Virus record (IMG/VR): IMGVR_UViG_3300046514_000672
Coordinates: 1,654-65,653 of that record
Reading direction: 5' to 3' (one strand)
Length of the DNA stretch: 64,000 nucleotides
From: a virus
Taxonomy: Duplodnaviria > Caudoviricetes
Shown: positions 40,089 through 47,730 of the stretch, piece by piece
Layout: every line of letters begins with the position of its first letter
Position numbering within the stretch: position 1 is the first letter of the stretch
Position numbers and translations under genes: made by a program
Notes under the pieces: model-generated
What the model was told of the DNA's origin: nothing
The model's database searches: none
The model's input: the letters and a program-made list of their open reading frames with translations, nothing else

Positions 40089-41749
40089 TGCCTGAAGATT
40101 ATTCCAAATACGGATTCGAACCTAAGGCGCAGGATTATTCTAAGTATGGGTTTGAACCTAAACCCACACAAGAAGATGTGGATAAATTAGGACAATCCGA
40201 TCTCCCTGGTGCGGCTAAAGAGTTCGGGCAGGGCGCGTTGAATCTTGTAAAAGGAATTGGATCAGGGGTTACACATTCCGCTGTGGGACTATATGATATG
40301 TATAGGCAGATGGGAAGAACACCCACTGGTGCAGATACCACTCAAGGCCCGGTGAGGATTGGCACGGCTCCTCCTAACTCAGTCCTAAATCCTTCTCCAC
40401 TTCCTCAAGCGCCACAAGTCCTCCAACAAGCTGGCCACCCCCCACAGGGAACCATGATGGGTACGGTTGGGAGAGGAGCAGAACAGTTAGGTGAGTTCTT
40501 CCTCCCTGGATCTGCCACTAACGATATGGTGAAACTTGCGGAGAAAGCACCGGGTATTCTCCGCACGCCTGCGGAGATACTTGCAAATGGGGCAATAAAG
40601 GGAGCAATTAGAACAGGAGGAGAAGCTCTGGGAGCTGGAGTAACCACCGCAGTGCAGACAGATATGGACAAGGAAAAAATTGCCCAGGCGGCGTTATATT
40701 CAGGAATAACATCTGGCGCGTTCTCAACCGTAGGAACATTATTACAAACAATCCCTCCGGCTTTTGCCTACTCTAAACTATATATCCCTAGCAGGTTCGA
40801 TCTTCATAAACGCAATGAAATCTATGCCGATGGGATTGAGAACGCTATTAATATCTCCAAGGCGGGAATTGATAAAGCACGGGCGGTAGAGGAATTGAAT
40901 CGCGCAGGGGTGCAAAATATCATTGATCAGAATGGCCATGTGGCAATAGATCCTAATATTGTCAAGGCTCCCGTGGCGAAGCTCCTCGACTGGGCGGACA
41001 AGATCGGGGACAAGGAGATGGCAAAAAGTATTAATAAAACCTGGAAGAATTTCTCTGAGAGATACGGTGCGATAGACGCGGTACCTGCCACGCCCTCTAC
41101 AACTATCCAGGTTCCAGGGGCTAATCCCGCTGCTTCATTGACCCCTGCGGGAATGCCCAGAACAATATCTATGCCTGGGACACCCGCCCAACCGGCAAAG
41201 CCTATGACGATGACGTTGTCGGAGGCGAATGATGTAAAGGGGGCACTTTACGGTGTGCTTGAAGACGCCTATGGACGGTTAGGATCTAACAAGAAACTCG
41301 CACAAAAAGCTGTGGCGAGGGGATTGAAGGAGTCGATTGAGGACATCGCGCCAGAGGTGAAGGCGCTGAATCAGAACACACAAAATGCCAAGATCCTCGG
41401 AGACGCGATTGAGAAATATGTAGAGGCCAATCCAGATCTACTCCAGGGATACCATTTAGCATATTTCCTCGCGGCGGGACTGGGCAATTATCTCCCTCAT
41501 GCTAGTGGATATGCGGCGGCAGCGGCGACGATTGACGCATTACGTAACCCCAGGATACGCTCTGCCCTGGTTCTCACTGCTCATGGTCAGGGACCGGTAG
41601 CGGCGGCTGCAAGAGGGGCAGCTACTTTAGCTACTCGTGGTGGAGCTGCGGCTATTGCTAATCCTCAAGTCTCCCAAGGATTCTCCCCCATGCCCTCCGG
41701 CCTCGACACTTCTGCTTATCAGGTACCCAATGGAACAACCAACAAATAA
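40088..41749 (+). CDS. Putative internal virion (ejection) protein
   Basis: Tandem DYSKYGFEPK repeat at the N-terminus; Gly/Ala amphipathic helices. Confidence 0.55.
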   Translation: MPEDYSKYGFEPKAQDYSKYGFEPKPTQEDVDKLGQSDLPGAAKEFGQGALNLVKGIGSGVTHSAVGLYDMYRQMGRTPTGADTTQGPVRIGTAPPNSVLNPSPLPQAPQVLQQAGHPPQGTMMGTVGRGAEQLGEFFLPGSATNDMVKLAEKAPGILRTPAEILANGAIKGAIRTGGEALGAGVTTAVQTDMDKEKIAQAALYSGITSGAFSTVGTLLQTIPPAFAYSKLYIPSRFDLHKRNEIYADGIENAINISKAGIDKARAVEELNRAGVQNIIDQNGHVAIDPNIVKAPVAKLLDWADKIGDKEMAKSINKTWKNFSERYGAIDAVPATPSTTIQVPGANPAASLTPAGMPRTISMPGTPAQPAKPMTMTLSEANDVKGALYGVLEDAYGRLGSNKKLAQKAVARGLKESIEDIAPEVKALNQNTQNAKILGDAIEKYVEANPDLLQGYHLAYFLAAGLGNYLPHASGYAAAAATIDALRNPRIRSALVLTAHGQGPVAAAARGAATLATRGGAAAIANPQVSQGFSPMPSGLDTSAYQVPNGTTNK

Positions 41750-42011
41750 CATAAACGACATCCAACGACAGATCGACACTGCCACGAAGATAGAGAGAAT
41801 CGAGACCATGACAGAGGAGATCTATCATCGGTTGTTTGGGAATGGCCAGCCTGGGGAACTTGATAAGTTGAAATTTGAGGCGGAGAAATTGAAAACGGAG
41901 ATAAAGGATCTTCAAACCACTAGATCCTGGGCGAAAGGGGTTATGTCCACCTTGGGCCTGCTCGTCACAGGGGATATTGGAATGCACTTGAAGAACTTCT
42001 TCAAGAACTAG
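41730..42011 (+). CDS. Possible holin / coiled-coil membrane protein
   Basis: L-x-GNG-x-PG coiled-coil with a weakly hydrophobic C-terminus; last gene of the arm. Confidence 0.45.
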   Translation: MEQPTNNINDIQRQIDTATKIERIETMTEEIYHRLFGNGQPGELDKLKFEAEKLKTEIKDLQTTRSWAKGVMSTLGLLVTGDIGMHLKNFFKN

Positions 42012-42232
42012 TGTCGAGCGTTCTCTGCCCTTTTTACATCTTTCCACGCCTCCTCCACCCCTTTCCAGAGGTGGAGTTCTCTTGCGTCTATGATTCCTGG
42101 GGTGTCTTGTGCTCGTAGCGCGATCCAAACGTTCCAGGCGGCTGCGAAGACGTTCTCAGGAGGAGGAGGGCTCTGGGCACGGCTGAGGGCCGGGAATAGG
42201 GTTCCTAGGGCCAGGAATGACCGTCGTTTCAT
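42008..42232 (-). CDS. Small protein with a twin-arginine (Tat)-like signal
   Basis: MKRRSFLALGTLFPALSRA|Q. Confidence 0.6.
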   Translation of the reverse strand: MKRRSFLALGTLFPALSRAQSPPPPENVFAAAWNVWIALRAQDTPGIIDARELHLWKGVEEAWKDVKRAENARH

Positions 42233-45200
42233 GCCGCCACTCCTTTCATACCCGTCAAATTTCCCGTCTTCTCGTCATAGTCTGCCCAGTTCTCTCCTAC
42301 CTTGGGTTCTGCGTCTACGAATAGGCCGTTGGGTGCCATCTCAGGGTCGGTGAGGGTGAGACAGGGCTCTCGCATGATACGGAGTTCGTCCTCTAAGCAC
42401 TTGTCTACAAGATTAGTATCGCAGTGGAAGATCAAGGAGTCATGGATTTGATTGATGAAATTGTACTTGGCAAACAAATCCTCCTCTTGTTTCCATTTCA
42501 ACATTAAAGTTTTGCGATACCATTCAAAATCCGCCAACGCTGCATCACGTTCGGCTTCCGTTTTAAACCCAGCTTTGTTCACCGCCTCAAATACGTCTTC
42601 AAACGTAGATTTCAAGGCACCAACAGGAAGCCTATACCCGGCACTCCTCAACATCTCCTCCTTGATCATCCCAAACGCGTCGTTCGCTGGGAAGAACGCC
42701 ACAGCACTCTCAAAATCATCCCCCTGGGACCAGTCGCCCATAGAATTAGTGAACTTGTTCCATTTGCTACTATCCCATTTGAAAACGTCGTAGAAGCGGC
42801 GGATGTATCCCCACCTCGATATCAAATATGTCTGCTTATGTGCTAACTGTGTTATCTCCTTTTGGAACTTTGTCACTCCTGAGAAGGTTTCTTTAAATAA
42901 GGTAAGAAATTCTTCCACTTCCTTCGACGACTTGTAGCTCTCCGGGTTCTGTTCGAAAATAGATCTCGCCCCCTGGGAAAACCCAATACCAAGAATCACC
43001 CGCTTGGATTTGTAGTCTCGTACCTGTTGGAAGGTACATCCGTTGGGATAATTTGGGATCGCTTCCGCTGGGTACAGTCTCGGATCGGCTTTCATCTTTT
43101 TGAACCATTCTTTTAAATCCTTATCTGACCAGGACATGAGATCCTTGGCCTCGGGAAGCTTGAGACGAAAGGCCGTCATGTAGCTGTGAACATCGATGGC
43201 GCTTAATCTTGCGTAGGCGTGGTCTTTGGCTTCGAAGGCTAGGGTTTGGGCGTGGAAACTTTTCTTATCGATTTCGATAAGTCTTCTTCCAGGCTTCGCA
43301 CAGATCGCCATGCGGAACTCTTTAGCAAGATCACCGTGTTTGGGAAAATTCTGTACGTTTGGTTCTGTTGACGAAAGTTGTCCCGTAGCAGTATCAGCGA
43401 GGTTGAACGTGCTGTGAATATACCCATTTCTTATTTGCTCCTTCAAACCAGTATAATATGTCCCACCAAACTTTTTCAACTTCGATATCTCTACCAACAT
43501 CCCAAACACCGGATCACCGGTTGCCTTCGCTAACTTTTCCATCTCCTTAGCGCCGGTATTGTCTTTTAGTTCTTTATCCTTTTTATCTCGGACTTTAGGA
43601 ACCTGATATTTCGTGAGACGTTCAGCATCCGAGCGAGATTGCCCCTTTGCCATCCTCCTCGCCACTTCTTCATTATGTTTGTATTCAATGTATTTAATCT
43701 TCTGCGGCCCCGATCCCACCGAGAAGGGAATGATTCTACACCACCTTGAAAGTCTCTCCACGTCCAGGGTTTGTTTGTTGAAAACCTCCACATCACGTTT
43801 AGAGTAAACCACCTTTCTCTCTTCCAGTTGCTCTGGGACCACTGGCTCCCCGTCGTCACCAATAATTGGAACCGATTCAGTAATAACAATCCTACCTGAT
43901 CCATCCACTGGGTTCCCAGAGAGATCCAGAAATGGAAGTAGTTGTTTGGGCGTGTTGACATATCCATATTCTGCAACGGCTCCCTTCTTTTTACGTTTAG
44001 GTTCAAGGTTGAGGATGGCTTCGGGGATTAGACTCTGAATCTGGGTATTGATCTCCTCAGCGCGGGAGAGGATCTTCTCACCGAATATTTTATGCTTCTC
44101 TTCGTCGATGGGGAACCCGCGTTTACTGGCGAGGATCATCTCAGGGCGTAACATGAGAACATGGCGGTTGAAGGAATTGCGGAGTCCCCTCTGGTCCATT
44201 ACCGAGAATATCCCCTCTGCGTCCATGTGGAGAGAGATCACGTCGCAGCATCCATATTCCTCTTCCGCGTCGAATGCTAAGTGCTTCCAAGGGGCTAGGT
44301 CAGGTGCGTAAAAGGAGGTGGCGAATTGCAACCCCCTGGGAAGGTCCGGTTGTACCCACGACCACGCAGCCATGAGGTCTACGTCTTCTCCGTTAATGAC
44401 TAATCCATGCCCTGCGACAACCTTGTTATCGAACTTCCAGCCGTTCCAGGTGAGCTTGCGGTTCCTGCCAGCGAGTAGGCGTCTACTTCCTTCCTTGACC
44501 CATTCAGTACGGAATCCTGGGAATACATATCCAGTGGTCTGGTCAAATGCGAACTGGATCTGATCCACCTCGGTTTTGATAACGTCGATCTCGGATTCAT
44601 CCCCGGCCATCTCTAATGAACGGGGTGTTTCAATATCCCACGCAAGGTCCCATTCAGGGTGTTTCTCCGCGAGGCGGATGATATTGTCCATGACATTTCT
44701 GTCACCCTTGACGACATTAAACTTTCGATATCCTCTGAATCCTACCTTGGCGATGTTGAGGGCAAGTTCTATATCCCTTGTCACCACCCCCGCCAGCGTC
44801 ATTCCCCCTTGAGCTTTTTCAACCTTGCCTCCCATTCCTCCTGACTGAGCCTCTTTATCTTTGGAACGAGTTTTGGAGCCTCTGAGGAGAAATGAAGGAT
44901 GGTATGTGGCGATGACTGGGATTGGCTTTCCGTCAACAAAGTATTCAGGCCGGGACGATTGTAATATGTATCCACGGATGAGTTTAATGCCTTGATTGTA
45001 TCCTGCCATACCGGTGATGGTCCGGGTGGGAATTGCTCCGAGGGCGACAATGGCTCTAGGTCTCCTATCGGCGATGAGCTTTCGGTTGTATTGTTGACAG
45101 TGTTCGATTGCACTGGTTTCATAAGGCGCACCGTCAAGCCAATTTCCAGCTCCTGGCTGGCACCAGATTGTGTTTGAAAGGAGAAGTTGTGAACGGTCGA

Positions 45201-45411
45201 GACCGGAGATTCTGCGGATAATTCCTTGAAAAACGCTACCGCTAGGGGAATTTGGCCGCAACGGAAGACTGTCTTGTGCTTCTCTCGCTCCAAGATGGTC
45301 GCCAACGACAAGGACTCCAGAAGATCCGAGACCTTCAGGAGACATAAATCCAATAGCTTTGTTGGTGTCATATAATGTACATCCTTTACAAGTGTCAGGC
45401 TGACGGTTCAT
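42229..45411 (-). CDS. polA: Family A DNA polymerase with N-terminal family-4-like uracil-DNA glycosylase and 3'-5' exonuclease domains
   Basis: UDG: CxxC, VVGDHLG, C-x-P, IVALG, YHPS. Exonuclease: DIET, N-x-x-x-FD, Y-x-x-x-D. Polymerase: TATGQLSS-x-x-PN-x-QN-x-P, DVH, QIHDS. Confidence 0.92.
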   Translation of the reverse strand: MNRQPDTCKGCTLYDTNKAIGFMSPEGLGSSGVLVVGDHLGAREAQDSLPLRPNSPSGSVFQGIIRRISGLDRSQLLLSNTIWCQPGAGNWLDGAPYETSAIEHCQQYNRKLIADRRPRAIVALGAIPTRTITGMAGYNQGIKLIRGYILQSSRPEYFVDGKPIPVIATYHPSFLLRGSKTRSKDKEAQSGGMGGKVEKAQGGMTLAGVVTRDIELALNIAKVGFRGYRKFNVVKGDRNVMDNIIRLAEKHPEWDLAWDIETPRSLEMAGDESEIDVIKTEVDQIQFAFDQTTGYVFPGFRTEWVKEGSRRLLAGRNRKLTWNGWKFDNKVVAGHGLVINGEDVDLMAAWSWVQPDLPRGLQFATSFYAPDLAPWKHLAFDAEEEYGCCDVISLHMDAEGIFSVMDQRGLRNSFNRHVLMLRPEMILASKRGFPIDEEKHKIFGEKILSRAEEINTQIQSLIPEAILNLEPKRKKKGAVAEYGYVNTPKQLLPFLDLSGNPVDGSGRIVITESVPIIGDDGEPVVPEQLEERKVVYSKRDVEVFNKQTLDVERLSRWCRIIPFSVGSGPQKIKYIEYKHNEEVARRMAKGQSRSDAERLTKYQVPKVRDKKDKELKDNTGAKEMEKLAKATGDPVFGMLVEISKLKKFGGTYYTGLKEQIRNGYIHSTFNLADTATGQLSSTEPNVQNFPKHGDLAKEFRMAICAKPGRRLIEIDKKSFHAQTLAFEAKDHAYARLSAIDVHSYMTAFRLKLPEAKDLMSWSDKDLKEWFKKMKADPRLYPAEAIPNYPNGCTFQQVRDYKSKRVILGIGFSQGARSIFEQNPESYKSSKEVEEFLTLFKETFSGVTKFQKEITQLAHKQTYLISRWGYIRRFYDVFKWDSSKWNKFTNSMGDWSQGDDFESAVAFFPANDAFGMIKEEMLRSAGYRLPVGALKSTFEDVFEAVNKAGFKTEAERDAALADFEWYRKTLMLKWKQEEDLFAKYNFINQIHDSLIFHCDTNLVDKCLEDELRIMREPCLTLTDPEMAPNGLFVDAEPKVGENWADYDEKTGNLTGMKGVAA

Positions 45412-45560
45412 TCCTTCTCCTTCTTCCTCAACCCCTTTAACACGTCAATAGTCTGAGCGACAGTCCTCGCTAGGATCTCGATGTAGATTACCACTACCAT
45501 GAGGAAACTGAGGCCATCGGTGATGGGTTTCTGTAGTGTGGCGAAGTCTGGGATGGTCAT
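45408..45560 (-). CDS. Small membrane protein (50 aa)
   Basis: MTIPDFATLQKPITDGLSFLMVVVIYIEILA...; stop overlaps the polA ATG. Confidence 0.5.
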   Translation of the reverse strand: MTIPDFATLQKPITDGLSFLMVVVIYIEILARTVAQTIDVLKGLRKKEKE

Positions 45561-45567
45561 TGGATTC

Positions 45568-45726
45568 CTACTCTTTTGGAACTTGTGGTTTTAACCATTT
45601 CCATAATGCAAATGCACAATCTTCGCAAACAAAATATGAAGCAGACTTTTTGTAAGTGACATCTAATACAGTAAGATCTTTCAGCTCCCCACAACGATCA
45701 CAGAATGATTCTCCTTCAATAATCAT
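45568..45726 (-). CDS. Small C4 zinc-finger protein (52 aa)
   Basis: CDRC ... CEDC; AAGGAG RBS. Not in the ORF track. Confidence 0.6.
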   Translation of the reverse strand: MIIEGESFCDRCGELKDLTVLDVTYKKSASYFVCEDCAFALWKWLKPQVPKE

Positions 45727-45780
45727 CTCTCTCCTTTATGCGTAGGGCCACTTCCCGTAGGAGGTAGCCCGCATTCGCCA

Positions 45781-45810
45781 ATTATAAATATAGGCAATCG
45801 TTTGTGTTAA
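45781..45810 (-). promoter_or_regulatory. Sigma70-type promoter upstream of the polA cistrons
   Basis: TTAACA-18 bp-TATAAT on the minus strand in an intergenic gap. Confidence 0.55.
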
Positions 45811-45842
45811 GAGCATTACTACTCAGCTCAGTCTAGTTACCC

Positions 45843-46019
45843 TTAGACTCTAGGGGTGTCCACTACGGCAACCTTGGCAAGGGGTTGAAGAAACCGGGTT
45901 AGGGATTCTCGACAATTAAGGCACAAATGCAGGCTTTTTTCTACATATGCATCTTGTGTAATATTTACAGATTTAATTCGATCTGTGGACGTACATCGGT
46001 CGCAATAGGTTATGGTCAT
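45843..46019 (-). CDS. Small C4 zinc-finger protein (58 aa)
   Basis: MTITYCDRC ... LCLNC; ATGA coupling. Not in the ORF track. Confidence 0.6.
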   Translation of the reverse strand: MTITYCDRCTSTDRIKSVNITQDAYVEKSLHLCLNCRESLTRFLQPLAKVAVVDTPRV

Positions 46020-46273
46020 TTTGTTTCTCCAGACTCTAGGGGAGGGGCAGATAAGGAAAGAGAATATGGGGGCTTGTCAAACCTTGCCCACACTCCCCGT
46101 CCGAATCCGTCCTTTACCATTGACATACATTCTAGTTCACACAGGAGACGCAGGGCGTCTGCATTGGCCGTTAGCCAACCTGTTTCGTACACCCCACTTC
46201 TCTCTATACAGTGCTGCATGACCATGTCAACCAGCGCCCATTTTAATGCGTTGTTTTCTTCCTCAATGGTCAT
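46016..46273 (-). CDS. Hypothetical protein
   Basis: GAGGAG RBS before MTIEEEN. Confidence 0.6.
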   Translation of the reverse strand: MTIEEENNALKWALVDMVMQHCIERSGVYETGWLTANADALRLLCELECMSMVKDGFGRGVWARFDKPPYSLSLSAPPLESGETK

Positions 46274-46444
46274 TTTGATTCTCCTCTTGGTGGATATCGG
46301 CAAGTAGGCTCGGACCCTACTGTATTACACTCTAGCGCCACACCCTTGGATCTAGCTTCCCTCCCTCATAAGGGAGTTTAGGCACTTACCCGATGGATCA
46401 TACAGACTGCCCGGTTGTCGTGCTTAAATCTTAGATGCTACTCC

Positions 46445-46927
46445 TCAGTTCCCCGATCCAAAATGTAATTCCGCCAGCCCCGGCGCAATCTCATATGCAG
46501 ACAGGACATCCCCAGGCCGGTCAACCCAGAAGTTATGGACGACTGAGCGGTCATAGAGGCTACCGGCAAATTCCTCGAACTGGTCGGGATTGTTGAGATC
46601 GCCGGTGAATCCAACTACATGGCCCTGGGTGGCCTTACCTGAGATGACCCAGATCTTCGTGTCAGAGTCCATATAGGTCACCGGAATCCACAGGGCAGAA
46701 TTCAGTCCGTCTGTGAGCAGCGCAGTAGGGTCGATCTGTTGGACCTTGGCCAGCATCGCCTGGGCCTGGGCCTTGGTGGAGAAGAATTGCCAAAGGTTCT
46801 TCGGCACCGGGATAACCACCGATCCCTGGAATGTAAACACAGTGTACACAGCGTTAGGCTGTGTGGTCATAGCCGGGAGGGAAGGGATTCCCAGGGCCAG
46901 CATTGATAATAGAATTAGTTTCTTCAT
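46445..46927 (-). CDS. Secreted protein (signal peptide)
   Basis: MKKLILLSMLALGIPSLPA leader; AAGGA RBS. Confidence 0.65.
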   Translation of the reverse strand: MKKLILLSMLALGIPSLPAMTTQPNAVYTVFTFQGSVVIPVPKNLWQFFSTKAQAQAMLAKVQQIDPTALLTDGLNSALWIPVTYMDSDTKIWVISGKATQGHVVGFTGDLNNPDQFEEFAGSLYDRSVVHNFWVDRPGDVLSAYEIAPGLAELHFGSGN

Positions 46928-46937
46928 ATTTTCCTTT

Positions 46938-47135
46938 CTATTTGAAACTCGAATCGTGGCTGAATTCTTCAGGATGCTCACGAATAGCTGATCGGGCCAT
47001 GACGACATTTTGTGCGGAATTGATGGCTGTGCTAAACATCTCCACATCGTCACTGTGTGCCGTGGGCAGGGCGACAAATGCAGTGTATGCATCCGTCAAC
47101 ATGGTTATCACATTCATTTCTTCTGTATTCAACAT
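46938..47135 (-). CDS. Small helical protein
   Basis: LP-x-x-H-x-DD ... F-x-x-AI-x-x-x-Q-x-x-V-x-AR pattern. Confidence 0.55.
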   Translation of the reverse strand: MLNTEEMNVITMLTDAYTAFVALPTAHSDDVEMFSTAINSAQNVVMARSAIREHPEEFSHDSSFK

Positions 47136-47211
47136 AATTATACCTCAAATACTCTCGGGAAGTCATACCATTTTATCTCAACTTCCCCTGTAGGAGAGAC
47201 GTAGAAGATTC

Positions 47212-47346
47212 TCATTGCATCTCCTCTGTCATCTCCTTTATAAGGGTCTTCCTTCCTTCATAATCCTGCGGACGTTCGTGTTCTTGTGTGACGTAGCGGA
47301 GGATCATGATTAGGGAACGGAGGACCAATTTTTGAAACGTTGACAT
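47212..47346 (-). CDS. Small hypothetical protein (44 aa)
   Basis: MSTFQKLVLRSLIMILRY...; AGGAG RBS. Confidence 0.45.
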   Translation of the reverse strand: MSTFQKLVLRSLIMILRYVTQEHERPQDYEGRKTLIKEMTEEMQ

Positions 47347-47355
47347 ATTTCTCTC

Positions 47356-47730
47356 CTATTGCAATATCGTAATCTGAATCAACGTCGGCGGGAACAGAGT
47401 AGGAACCGTAGGGGCCACATCATTGCTCGGCACGGACTCATTAGGCACCGCAGTGGAATTTGTCGCGGTAACGAAGTAACAATATGTGGTTCCACCGGTT
47501 ACTGTCGCGTCCACATATGTCTTGGGGACGATGGGGGAGGAATTGATCTTGGTGAAACCAGAGGGGACAGAGGTGGGCGGAGTGGACGGACAAGCACCGA
47601 CTAAACGATAAGCATTGTAATTGGTACCGGCAGGGTTAGCCGTGTCTGCCCAGGTAATGGTAACGGAATGTGTAGGTGTCTGGGCGAAGATCACCACAGA
47701 CAGGAGCGGAAGTAGCAATAGTTTTTTCAT
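47356..47730 (-). CDS. Secreted single fibronectin type III domain protein
   Basis: MKKLLLLPLLSVVIFA|Q; V-x-I-x-W ... YN-x-YR ... Y-x-D ... G-x-x-Y-x-Y-x-VTA ... ES-x-PSN. Confidence 0.8.
   Translation of the reverse strand: MKKLLLLPLLSVVIFAQTPTHSVTITWADTANPAGTNYNAYRLVGACPSTPPTSVPSGFTKINSSPIVPKTYVDATVTGGTTYCYFVTATNSTAVPNESVPSNDVAPTVPTLFPPTLIQITILQ

Noticed and set aside
43560-44010. Insertion in PolA as an intein or intron
   Set aside because: The frame is continuous, with no C/S...HN splice motifs or homing-endonuclease signature; it looks like a thumb-domain insert.
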